Shown: positions 18,839 to 26,944 of the stretch, piece after piece
How the letters are laid out: each line of letters opens with the position of its first letter
How positions within the stretch are numbered: the stretch's first letter is position 1
Source of the DNA: an uncultured Clostridia bacterium
GTDB lineage: Bacteria > Bacillota > Clostridia > Lachnospirales > Lachnospiraceae
Direction: 5' to 3'
DNA: 64,000 nucleotides
Assembly (NCBI GenBank): GCA_937896665.1
Contig: CALBNS010000087.1
Location: forward strand, 38,375 to 102,374
Notes under the pieces: generated by a model
Databases searched by the model: none
What the model was told of the DNA's origin: nothing
The model's input: only the letters and a program-made list of their open reading frames with translations
Position numbers and translations under genes: made by a program

Positions 18839-20737
18839 ATGAAGGCAGATATTAAATGGTTAGACAATCCTGAAGTATTTCGAATAAATCAGGTAGACGC
18901 ACATAGTGATCATAGTTATTATTTTAATTATGCTGATTTCGAGGCAAACGATGATAAACTTACTCAGGTATTAAATGGTCAGTGGGATTTTTGCTTTAGC
19001 ATCAATGCAAAGGAAAGACCGGAAGATTTTTATCAGATAGATTATGACAAAAGTAACTTTGGGAAGATCATGGTACCAGGACATATTGAATTGGCTGGAT
19101 ATGACCAAATTAGATATATTAACACCATGTACCCTTGGGAAGGTAAGAAATATTTGAGAGGTGCACATAGTATAGAAGGTGCCGGTGATGGTGCAGGCAT
19201 GTTCAGTGAAGCAAAGTATAATCCGGTTGGTTCCTATATAAAGAAATTTGACCTTAATAGCGACCTTCTTGGGAAGAGAGTTATCATATGTTTTGAAGGC
19301 GTGGAGCAGGCGATGTATGTTTGGTTAAACGGCGAGTTTGTTGGATATGCGGAGGATAGTTTTACACCATCAGAGTTTGACCTTACTCCTTTTGTTAAGG
19401 ATAAAGATAATGTGCTTGCGGTTCAGGTTCACAAGATGAGTACAGCAGCATTTTTAGAGGATCAAGATTTCTTCAGATTCTTTGGGATATTCAGAAGTGT
19501 GTCCTTAAGAGCAATACCTGATGCACATATTCAGGATATGTGGATTCATCCGATGCTTAACCAAGATAATGCCAGTGGTGTGATTACAGTGGATGTAAAG
19601 GTGTCTGCTATAAAGGAAAGCATAAAAACTGCAAGGTTCGTACTGGAAGATAAGGATGGTAATCAATTGTTAGATGAGGACATTCCTCTTGCAGATGCTG
19701 CCGGTACTGTAGTGGGAAACATCAAGGTGGATGTACAAAGGGTCAATCCATGGGATAACCACAATCCATACTTATATAGCACATTTATTGAATTATATGA
19801 AGATGGACAGCTTGTAGAGGTGGTGCCATACAAGGTGGGATTTAGAAGACTTGAAATTATAGATAAAGTTATGCACCTGAATGGTAAGAGATTAATTGTT
19901 GTGGGCGTAAACAGACATGAATGGAGTGCAAAAACAGGACGGGCAATCGGAATGGAAGAGATGACTTCTGATATGAGGTGCATAAAAAAGAATAATATTA
20001 ATGCGGTAAGGACCTGTCATTATCCGAATCAGATTCCTTGGTACTATATGTGTGATGAAGAGGGAATCTATCTGATGTCAGAGACAAACCTGGAAAGTCA
20101 TGGTTCTTTCCAGAAATTAGGCGCAATTGAACCATCCTGCAACGTTCCGGGATCCATACCGCAGTGGCGAGAAGCGGTAATTGATAGAGCAAGAAATAAT
20201 TATGAGACGTTTAAGAATCATACATCTGTATTGTTCTGGTCTTTGGGAAATGAATCCTATGCCGGAGATGATATTGAGGCAATGAATAAATACTTCAAGG
20301 ACAAGAATGATGGAAGATTGGTTCATTATGAAAGTTCCTATTATAACAGGGCTTACGAGGATACTATTTCAGATATGGAGAGTCGTATGTATGCAAGTCC
20401 TGCTGATGTTGAAGATTATTTGATTCACAATGCAAAGAAGCCATTTATCTTATGCGAGTTCATGCATGATATGGGCAACTCCATGGGAGGTCTTGGTTCC
20501 TATATGAAACTGATTGATCAGTACGATATGTACCAGGGAGGATTTATTTGGGACTTTATTGATCAGGCGCTATTTGTAAAGGATGAGGTCACTGGCAGGG
20601 AAGTTCTCCGTTACGGTGGGGACTTCGATGACAGGCCGGCAGATTATGAGTTCTCCGGTAATGGAATTGTATTTGCGGATAGAAGAGAGAAACCGGCAAT
20701 GCAGGAAGTGAGGTATTACTATGGAATGTACATCTAA
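18839..20737 (+). CDS. lacL: GH2 beta-galactosidase large subunit
   Basis: GH2 sugar-binding and TIM-barrel motifs (NAVRTCHYPN, WSLGNES). About 630 aa, followed by an overlapping lacM, as in LacLM-type enzymes. Confidence 0.9.
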   Translation: MKADIKWLDNPEVFRINQVDAHSDHSYYFNYADFEANDDKLTQVLNGQWDFCFSINAKERPEDFYQIDYDKSNFGKIMVPGHIELAGYDQIRYINTMYPWEGKKYLRGAHSIEGAGDGAGMFSEAKYNPVGSYIKKFDLNSDLLGKRVIICFEGVEQAMYVWLNGEFVGYAEDSFTPSEFDLTPFVKDKDNVLAVQVHKMSTAAFLEDQDFFRFFGIFRSVSLRAIPDAHIQDMWIHPMLNQDNASGVITVDVKVSAIKESIKTARFVLEDKDGNQLLDEDIPLADAAGTVVGNIKVDVQRVNPWDNHNPYLYSTFIELYEDGQLVEVVPYKVGFRRLEIIDKVMHLNGKRLIVVGVNRHEWSAKTGRAIGMEEMTSDMRCIKKNNINAVRTCHYPNQIPWYYMCDEEGIYLMSETNLESHGSFQKLGAIEPSCNVPGSIPQWREAVIDRARNNYETFKNHTSVLFWSLGNESYAGDDIEAMNKYFKDKNDGRLVHYESSYYNRAYEDTISDMESRMYASPADVEDYLIHNAKKPFILCEFMHDMGNSMGGLGSYMKLIDQYDMYQGGFIWDFIDQALFVKDEVTGREVLRYGGDFDDRPADYEFSGNGIVFADRREKPAMQEVRYYYGMYI

Positions 20738-21674
20738 ATCATTAAGAGTAGTATATGGTGATTTTACACTTGGCGTTCATGGAGAGGACTTTGATTATGT
20801 TTTCTCCTATGCACAGGGAGGTTTGGAGTCATTAGTAAAGAATGGTTATGAATGGCTATACCGCTGCCCTAAGCCAACATTTTGGAGAGCGTTGACAGAT
20901 AACGATAGAGGAAGTCAGTTCCATATTAAGAGTGGAAGCTGGCTTGCAGCGGATATGTTCATTGACTGTAAGGACGTAGAAGTTATTACAGATGGTATAT
21001 CACAAGGTAAACCTTGTGCACCGGATAACAATAAGTATGCCGGAGATGTGTTTGCAGAAAATGTGGTGATTAAATTTGTATACGAGACAGTTATAACACC
21101 TTCAACTATTGTGGAGGTTGTATATAGCATAGAGAACCAAGGTAAGATTACAGTAAATGTATCATATAAGGGTGTAAAGGGGTTGCCACAGCTTCCTACG
21201 TTTGGACTTAGATTTATCATGCCAACACTTGCAGATAAATATATGTATGAGGGTCTTTCCGGTGAAACATATCCTGATCGTATGGCAGGTGCCAAAAAGG
21301 GTGTTTATGAAATAGATGATATAAGTCTCACCCCATACCTGGTACCACAGGAGTGTGGCATGAGAATGGATACAGAGTGGCTAGAAGTGACAAGGCACAC
21401 AAGTCTTAATAACAGCAGAAAAGATAATTCTGAGCAGGTTTTGAGATTTGAGAAAAATGATAAAGCATTTGCATTTTCTTGTTTGCCTTATACAGCAAGC
21501 GAGATTGAAAACGCAATGCATCACGAAGAATTACCTCTGGCACGAAGAACGGTACTTTGTGTATATGGAGCAGTAAGAGGTGTTGGTGGTATTGACAGTT
21601 GGGGGAGTGATGTGGAAGCCTCATATCACATTAATGCAGAAGAGGATATCACATATTCATTTGTGATTTGTTAA
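20721..21674 (+). CDS. lacM: Beta-galactosidase small subunit
   Basis: 317 aa, overlaps lacL by 17 nt. The Bgal_small_N-like part reads FSYAQGGLESL...FWRALTDND. Confidence 0.9.
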   Translation: MECTSKSLRVVYGDFTLGVHGEDFDYVFSYAQGGLESLVKNGYEWLYRCPKPTFWRALTDNDRGSQFHIKSGSWLAADMFIDCKDVEVITDGISQGKPCAPDNNKYAGDVFAENVVIKFVYETVITPSTIVEVVYSIENQGKITVNVSYKGVKGLPQLPTFGLRFIMPTLADKYMYEGLSGETYPDRMAGAKKGVYEIDDISLTPYLVPQECGMRMDTEWLEVTRHTSLNNSRKDNSEQVLRFEKNDKAFAFSCLPYTASEIENAMHHEELPLARRTVLCVYGAVRGVGGIDSWGSDVEASYHINAEEDITYSFVIC

Positions 21675-21730
21675 TTCTGGAAAGAACGGCGAGGTTTGAA
21701 AATGAGTGATAAACAGATTATAGGAGCGAA

Positions 21731-21757
21731 AAGGGTTGCCTCAGCAACCCCTTTTGC
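21731..21757. terminator. Bidirectional terminator (lacM / small minus-strand ORF)
   Basis: gggttgc-ctca-gcaaccc hairpin (21733-21750) flanked by aaaa on the 5' side and cttttg on the 3' side. Confidence 0.65.
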
Positions 21758-21768
21758 TTCAGAATATG

Positions 21769-21918
21769 TTATTTACCTTCTCCACCAGGATCGTCGCGCC
21801 TTGGAACCTCATCTGGTGTGACATTGGATGGTCTTGGAAGGTCAATCTCAGGAATATTATTATCATCGTAGTCGTCCTTTGGACCGTAAGGAATCTGAGT
21901 TATTTCGTCTTTTTTCAT
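21769..21918 (-). CDS. Hypothetical 49-aa acidic, Pro-rich protein
   Basis: MKKDEITQIPYGPKDDYDDNNIPEIDLPRPSNVTPDEVPRRDDPGGEGK. ATG 21918 lies 9 nt after AAAGGTGG and the gene ends at the bidirectional terminator. No family recognised. Confidence 0.3.
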   Translation of the reverse strand: MKKDEITQIPYGPKDDYDDNNIPEIDLPRPSNVTPDEVPRRDDPGGEGK

Positions 21919-21994
21919 GCTTCTGCACCACCTTTCAAAGATAGTATGTGCAGATTGGATAAAGAATATTTCTGCAAAAAAAAGTAAAAAAGTG

Positions 21995-22024
21995 TTGACA
22001 GAACACGAACTATAATTGTATAAT
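21995..22024 (+). promoter_or_regulatory. sigmaA promoter of the tRNA Val-Met-Val-Met cluster
   Basis: TTGACA at 21995-22000, 18-nt spacer (16 nt to the TG), TG-TATAAT extended -10 at 22017-22024, 25 nt before the first tRNA. Confidence 0.65.
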
Positions 22025-22048
22025 AAGTAAGTCGGTTGGCGATAATTT

Positions 22049-22121
22049 GGGATCATAGCTCAGCTGGGAGAGCACCTGCCTTACAAGCAGGGGGTCACAG
22101 GTTCGAGCCCTGTTGGTCCCA
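22049..22121 (+). tRNA. tRNA-Val (anticodon TAC)
   Basis: Cloverleaf folded by hand: acceptor GGGATCA/TGGTCCC, anticodon loop CTTACAA, T-loop GGTTCGAGCC. No encoded CCA. Confidence 0.95.
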
Positions 22122-22151
22122 CTACTAGGAAACTAGTGAATAATTGAATAT

Positions 22152-22225
22152 GGCGGGATAGCTCAGTTGGCTAGAGCACACGGTTCATACCCGTGGTGTC
22201 GCTGGTTCAAATCCAGTTCCCGCTA
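22152..22225 (+). tRNA. tRNA-Met (anticodon CAT, elongator-like)
   Basis: Acceptor GGCGGGA/TCCCGCT, anticodon arm CACGG-TTCATAC-CCGTG, T-loop TTCAAAT. It lacks the initiator 1:72 mismatch and the 3-GC anticodon stem. No encoded CCA. Confidence 0.9.
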
Positions 22226-22233
22226 CTTATCTT

Positions 22234-22306
22234 GGGATCATAGCTCAGCTGGGAGAGCACCTGCCTTACAAGCAGGGGGTCACAGGTTCGAGCCCTGTTG
22301 GTCCCA
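22234..22306 (+). tRNA. tRNA-Val (anticodon TAC), identical second copy
   Basis: Identical in sequence to 22049-22121. Confidence 0.95.
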
Positions 22307-22336
22307 CTACTAGGAAACTAGTGAATAATTGAATAT

Positions 22337-22410
22337 GGCGGGATAGCTCAGTTGGCTAGAGCACACGGTTCATACCCGTGGTGTCGCTGGTTCAAATCCA
22401 GTTCCCGCTA
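22337..22410 (+). tRNA. tRNA-Met (anticodon CAT), identical second copy
   Basis: Identical in sequence to 22152-22225. Confidence 0.9.
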
Positions 22411-22420
22411 CTGAAGTGAG

Positions 22421-22451
22421 AGGGTGGATACTAGTAGTATTCACCCTTTTG
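22421..22451 (+). terminator. Terminator of the tRNA cluster
   Basis: agggtg-g-atact-agt-agtat-t-caccct hairpin followed by tttt. Confidence 0.6.
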
Positions 22452-22507
22452 TGATATAATATCAACAGGTATTGCATTATATAAATTAGATGGAAAGAGG
22501 TATCGTT

Positions 22508-23056
22508 ATGCGAGTAGGATTAGGATATGATGTTCATAAATTAGTGGAAGGACGCGATTTGATTTTGGGCGGTGTGAATATTCCATATGAAAAGGGCTTG
22601 CTTGGACATTCTGACGCAGATGTTTTAGTTCATGCGATCATGGATGCGTTGATTGGGGCAGCTGCACTTGGAGATATCGGAAAACATTTTCCGGATACGG
22701 ATGAACGTTATAAGGGGATTTCCAGTATGAAATTATTGGAGCATGTCGGAAAATTGTTGGACGAGCATTTGTATGTCATCGAGAATATCGATGCAACGAT
22801 TATTGCGCAGAGACCAAAGATGCTTCCACATATTGAGAAGATGAGGGAAAACATTGCAAATGTTCTTCACATTGAGCCAGACCAGATTAATATCAAGGCA
22901 ACTACAGAAGAAGGCTTAGGATTTACAGGAAGCGGTGAAGGGATATCCTCACAGGCTATCTGTGCAATTGAAAAGATTACAAATCTGACAAGTTATAAAG
23001 TGGCAGGTGATGAAGTTGGTTGCGGCTCTTGTGGGGGCTGCAAGAGACAGCAATAG
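22508..23056 (+). CDS. ispF: 2-C-methyl-D-erythritol 2,4-cyclodiphosphate synthase with a Cys-rich C-terminal extension
   Basis: IspF motifs GLGYDVHKL and [14 protein letters not shown] 22508 lies 7 nt after GAAAGAGG. The protein ends with an extra tail [17 protein letters not shown]. Confidence 0.93.
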   Translation: MRVGLGYDVHKLVEGRDLILGGVNIPYEKGLLGHSDADVLVHAIMDALIGAAALGDIGKHFPDTDERYKGISSMKLLEHVGKLLDEHLYVIENIDATIIAQRPKMLPHIEKMRENIANVLHIEPDQINIKATTEEGLGFTGSGEGISSQAICAIEKITNLTSYKVAGDEVGCGSCGGCKRQQ

Positions 23057-23075
23057 TTTAAATGGGTAGAAAAAG

Positions 23076-24188
23076 ATGAATTTTCGGAAATTAGAAAGAC
23101 AGGAACATTGGAAAGCCAGAAAGTTATGGGAACAGATTTTTAAGGAAGATGCAGGTTCATTTCTGGATTATTATTATACAGTAAAGACAAATGAAAATGA
23201 AATTTATGTGGCAGAAGATGATGGAAGTATTGTGGCAATGCTGCATCTCAATCCGTATATGTTACGCATCAATAAGTGGATACATTCTGCTAATTATATT
23301 GTTGCTGTGGCAACAGATGAAAGGTATCGGAAGAAAGGCATTATGTCGGCTCTATTGAAACGGGCGATGCGTGCCATGTATGAAAGGAACGAACCGTTCA
23401 CATTTTTGATGCCTGCAGCAGAAGCGATTTACTATCCATTTGATTTTCGATTTGTGTACAGGCAAGGGCAGAGTATGATTAGAGGAATGAAATCAACGGA
23501 TGATGTAATTCAGATTGAAGCTGCGACAGAGAAGGATTGTGAGGGAATTGCAGAATTCGTCAACCGGAGCCTAAAAGATTATCAGGTGGTGGCAAGGCGA
23601 GATAAAAGTTATTATGAGACGTTGATTTATGAGCATCAGAGTGAGGATGGCGAGGTTCTTTTTACAAAAAGAGAAGGCATTATTAATGGAGTACTTTGTT
23701 ATGCAAAAGACGAACAGATTATGATACGAGAACCGATTTTTGAACATCACACGGATTTTCAAGCTGCTGTATATTCTTTGACCGGAGATGTGAGCAAGCA
23801 GGTAAAATGTATTGGATATGGCGATGAAGAATGTGTACCAATGATTATGGCAAGAATCCTTCGTCTGGAAACATTTCTAAAAACCCTGCAATTGAAGGAA
23901 AATCTGGAGCTTGTTGTTGGGATTGAAGATTCGATTTTGAATGAAAATCAGGGCGTATTTCATGTCATAGGGAACAAGGAGAACGGAATCCACACAGTGG
24001 AGAGGGTTTGCGGATGTGGGACGATGAAAGATACCGTGAAAATCGGCACACTGACAAGCCTGCTCTTTGGATATTTGACATTGGAAGAACTGACGGAGAA
24101 AGAAGAATTAAATATATCATCGGAATTGAAAAATGAACTGGAAAAAATAATTCCTTTGCAAAAAGTTTTTCTAAATGAGGTGGTATAG
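23076..24188 (+). CDS. GNAT-family N-acetyltransferase, Eis-like (GNAT plus C-terminal SCP2-like region)
   Basis: Acetyl-CoA motif VAVATDERYRKKGIMSALL. The 370-aa length and two-lobed layout resemble Eis-type enzymes. Assignment is by eye. Confidence 0.75.
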   Translation: MNFRKLERQEHWKARKLWEQIFKEDAGSFLDYYYTVKTNENEIYVAEDDGSIVAMLHLNPYMLRINKWIHSANYIVAVATDERYRKKGIMSALLKRAMRAMYERNEPFTFLMPAAEAIYYPFDFRFVYRQGQSMIRGMKSTDDVIQIEAATEKDCEGIAEFVNRSLKDYQVVARRDKSYYETLIYEHQSEDGEVLFTKREGIINGVLCYAKDEQIMIREPIFEHHTDFQAAVYSLTGDVSKQVKCIGYGDEECVPMIMARILRLETFLKTLQLKENLELVVGIEDSILNENQGVFHVIGNKENGIHTVERVCGCGTMKDTVKIGTLTSLLFGYLTLEELTEKEELNISSELKNELEKIIPLQKVFLNEVV

Positions 24189-24343
24189 AGGTTGACAAAA
24201 TCCGTTATTTTTCATAAACTGTACTAAGATAGTGGAAAAGACTAAGAACGAAAAGAGTAGTATTCAAGTGAAGAAAGAGATTTCTTTATTAGAGTGGAAC
24301 CGCGGATATTACTTCGTCTCTAGATTGGAGACGGAGTTTTTTT
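24189..24343 (+). promoter_or_regulatory. T-box leader (tRNA-sensing attenuator) upstream of cysE-cysS; the 3' half is resolved, Stem I is not
   Basis: T-box sequence ATTAGAGTGGAACCGCG at 24288-24304. Antiterminator: tagag / 7-nt bulge TGGAACC / gcgga-tattac-ttcgt / ctcta (24290-24322). Competing terminator: cttcgtctc-tagattg-gagacggag plus T7 (24312-24343). Stem III hairpin at 24271-24286. F-box-like CCGTTA at 24202-24207. Confidence 0.8.
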
Positions 24344-24373
24344 ACATATTGAAGAATTACAGGAGGCAGAATC

Positions 24374-25078
24374 ATGGGTCTGATTTCTTATATTAAAGAA
24401 GAATTGGATGTCATCAGAGAGCGTGACCCGGCGATTAAAACGAGTTGGGAAGTGTTGTTATATCCTAGCTTTAAAGCTGTGTTGGGTTATAGGCTGGCGC
24501 ACAAGTTATATATGAAAGAACATTACTTTCTGGCAAGATGGATTTCCCAGAGGGCAGTAAGAAAGACTGGAATTGAGATTCATCCGGGGGCTCAGATAGG
24601 AAAAGGGTTGTTTATCGATCATGGAAGCGGTGTGATTATCGGCGAGACGACGATTATTGGCGATAATGTCACACTTTATCAGGGAGTGACACTTGGTGGT
24701 ACAGGTAAAGAAAAAGGAAAACGTCATCCGACTCTGGAAGATAATGTCATGGTTAGTGCCGGCGCGAAGATCATTGGTTCATTTACTATTGGGGAAAATT
24801 CAAAAATAGGAGCCGGTTCTGTTGTGTTGGAAGCGGTGCCACCGAATTGTACGGTAGTTGGTGTTCCAGGACGCGTGGTGCGTATGGGAGATAAAAAAAT
24901 TCCACGAACAGATATGGATCAGATTCATTTACCTGACCCTGTGCTCAACGACATGCGTGAATTACATCAGGATAACCTAAGGTTACAGAAGAAGTTAAAA
25001 GAATTAGAAAAACAATTAAAATGTATATCAAGCCGGGAGGCAGAGGAGGAAGAAGGAGGACATTATGAAATTATATAA
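24374..25078 (+). CDS. cysE: Serine O-acetyltransferase
   Basis: SATase N-terminal helix region plus hexapeptide repeats (GIEIHPGAQIGKGLFIDHGSGVIIGET). AGGAGG RBS. Confidence 0.93.
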   Translation: MGLISYIKEELDVIRERDPAIKTSWEVLLYPSFKAVLGYRLAHKLYMKEHYFLARWISQRAVRKTGIEIHPGAQIGKGLFIDHGSGVIIGETTIIGDNVTLYQGVTLGGTGKEKGKRHPTLEDNVMVSAGAKIIGSFTIGENSKIGAGSVVLEAVPPNCTVVGVPGRVVRMGDKKIPRTDMDQIHLPDPVLNDMRELHQDNLRLQKKLKELEKQLKCISSREAEEEEGGHYEII

Positions 25079-26471
25079 TACACTTTCAAAGAGAAAAGAA
25101 GAATTTGTACCAATTGAAGAAGGAAAGGTGAGAATGTATGTGTGCGGCCCGACCGTATATAACTTCATTCATATCGGAAATGCAAGACCGATGATCGTAT
25201 TTGATACAGTAAGACGTTATTTTGAGTATAAAGGCTATGACGTGAATTTTGTATCCAACTTTACAGACGTAGATGACAAGATTATCAAAAAGGCCATCGA
25301 AGAAGGGGTTTCAGCAGATGTGATTTCCAAAAGATACATCGAAGAATGTAAGAAAGACATGGCTGCGATGAATGTAAAACCAGCCACTACACATCCATTG
25401 GCAACAGAAGAAATCTGCGGTATGGTAGAGATGATTGGACAGTTGATTGAAAAAGGATATGCTTATGAAAAGAATGGAACCGTATATTTCCGTACAAGAC
25501 AGTTCAAAGAATATGGAAAACTTTCTCATAAGAATCTGGATGATTTACAGTCTGGCGGACGTTCTCTTTTAGTAACCGGAGAAGATGAAAAAGAAGACCC
25601 ATTGGATTTCGTATTATGGAAACCGAAAAAAGAAGGCGAGCCGGCATGGGAGTCACCATGGCGCGATGGTCGTCCGGGATGGCACATTGAATGTTCTGTA
25701 ATGTCAAAAAAATATCTGGGAGACCAGATTGATATTCATGCGGGTGGGGAAGATTTGGTATTTCCACATCATGAAAATGAGATTGCACAGAGCGAGGCTG
25801 CAAATGGGAAAGAATTTGCAAAATATTGGATGCATAATGCATTTTTAAATATTGATAACCGCAAGATGTCAAAATCCCTTGGAAACTTCAGAACTGTAAG
25901 GGAAATCAGTGAGCAATACGATTTGCAGGTACTTCGTTTCTTCATGTTAAGTGCACATTACAGAAGTCCATTGAACTTCAGCGCTGACTTGATGGAATCT
26001 TCGAAAAATGCACTTACACGTATTATTACAGCTGTAGATAATTTGAAACATTTAATGGGAGCCGCTACGGTGGAAGCGATGACAGAAGAAGAAAAATCTG
26101 CGTTTGAAAAAGTTAGTGAATATGTAACCGGTTTTGAAACAGCTATGGATGATGATTTTAATACAGCAGATGCGATTGCTTCTATTTTTGAATTGGTTAA
26201 ATATGCGAATACAACTGCAAGTGCAGAAAGCTCAAAAGAATATCTGCAAGGCTTGTTTGATGCAATTGTGAAGCTGGCAGACGTTCTTGGTCTGATTGTA
26301 AATAAAGAGGAAGAACTTTTAGCAGAAGACATCGAAAAATTAATTGCAGAACGACAGGCAGCGAGAAAAGAAAAAAAATTCAAAAGAGCTGATGAGATCC
26401 GTAATGAATTGTTAGAGAAAGGTATTGTTCTTGAAGATACCCGCGAAGGAGTAAAATGGAAAAAAGCATAA
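25065..26471 (+). CDS. cysS: Cysteine--tRNA ligase
   Basis: HIGN (HIGH-class) and KMSKS motifs, CGPTVYN N-terminus. Overlaps cysE by 14 nt, with an AGGAGG RBS. Confidence 0.97.
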   Translation: MKLYNTLSKRKEEFVPIEEGKVRMYVCGPTVYNFIHIGNARPMIVFDTVRRYFEYKGYDVNFVSNFTDVDDKIIKKAIEEGVSADVISKRYIEECKKDMAAMNVKPATTHPLATEEICGMVEMIGQLIEKGYAYEKNGTVYFRTRQFKEYGKLSHKNLDDLQSGGRSLLVTGEDEKEDPLDFVLWKPKKEGEPAWESPWRDGRPGWHIECSVMSKKYLGDQIDIHAGGEDLVFPHHENEIAQSEAANGKEFAKYWMHNAFLNIDNRKMSKSLGNFRTVREISEQYDLQVLRFFMLSAHYRSPLNFSADLMESSKNALTRIITAVDNLKHLMGAATVEAMTEEEKSAFEKVSEYVTGFETAMDDDFNTADAIASIFELVKYANTTASAESSKEYLQGLFDAIVKLADVLGLIVNKEEELLAEDIEKLIAERQAARKEKKFKRADEIRNELLEKGIVLEDTREGVKWKKA

Positions 26472-26944
26472 ATTTTGAATTTGATTCTTACATGAAGGAA
26501 CTGTTCCATATGAAAGAGGTGGATGTGCATAGTTATTCACCTTTGACATTGGCATATATAGGTGACAGTTTCTATGATTTAATCATCAAAAGTCTTGTAA
26601 TTAATCAAGGAAATAAGCAGGTGAATAAGCTTCATAAAGAGACGAGCGGTTTTGTGCAGGCTTCCTCGCAGTCGTTGATGATGCGTGCGATGCAGGAGCA
26701 TTTGACGGAAGAAGAACATGCAGTTTACAAACGTGGACGTAATGCGAAGTCAATTTCACCGGCAAAGAATCAGTCCATTACAGATTACAGGCGTGCAACT
26801 GGTTTTGAAGCACTTCTAGGATATCTGTATCTGAAAAAAGAATGGAAGCGAATACTTGATTTGGTTAAAATCGGGCTGGATAGTCTGGAAGATAGGAGTT
26901 TATATGATGAACGAAGAAATGAATGTGCAGAATCTTGTGATTGA
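26456..26944 (+). CDS. mrnC: Mini-ribonuclease 3
   Basis: LTLAYIGDSFYDL and the RNase III-like core. Conserved position after cysS, as in Bacillus yazC. ATG 26456 follows AAGGAG; later in-frame ATGs at 26492 and 26510 are possible. Confidence 0.85.
   Translation: MEKSINFEFDSYMKELFHMKEVDVHSYSPLTLAYIGDSFYDLIIKSLVINQGNKQVNKLHKETSGFVQASSQSLMMRAMQEHLTEEEHAVYKRGRNAKSISPAKNQSITDYRRATGFEALLGYLYLKKEWKRILDLVKIGLDSLEDRSLYDERRNECAESCD

Larger units (their letters stand above)
22049..22412 (+). repeat. Perfect tandem duplication (2 x 179 nt, period 185 nt) of a tRNA-Val/spacer/tRNA-Met unit
   Basis: 22049-22227 and 22234-22412 read identically, including the 30-nt spacer ctactaggaaactagtgaataattgaatat. 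Confidence 0.9.

Noticed and set aside
20721-20737. The lacL/lacM 17-nt overlap as a possible frameshifted single beta-galactosidase gene (pseudogene).
   Set aside because: The two-subunit LacLM arrangement with overlapping genes is the normal state of this GH2 subfamily. Both ORFs are full length with their own start.
21736-21987. 83-aa plus-strand ORF after lacM, and a 38-codon ORF starting at 21702.
   Set aside because: Both read straight through the bidirectional terminator hairpin (21733-21750) and are antisense to the better-supported small ORF. No RBS for the 83-aa ORF.
24192-24220. TTGACA (24192-24197) with TAAACT (24215-24220) as the promoter of the cysE T-box leader.
   Set aside because: It would leave only about 60 nt before the antiterminator, too short for Stem I plus Stem III. 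The element may be fortuitous or serve a truncated leader. I kept it only as an open question in the T-box finding.
25958-26530. 190-aa ORF antisense to cysS. Similar long antisense ORFs occur at 44023-44595 (antisense to the SNF transporter), 15264-15764 (purL), 52862-53338 (trmK), 16399-16815 (gdhA) and 47928-48299 (SDR).
   Set aside because: Each lies entirely inside a confidently identified gene on the other strand. None has an RBS or a recognisable motif, and their composition is low-complexity. They are typical shadow ORFs.
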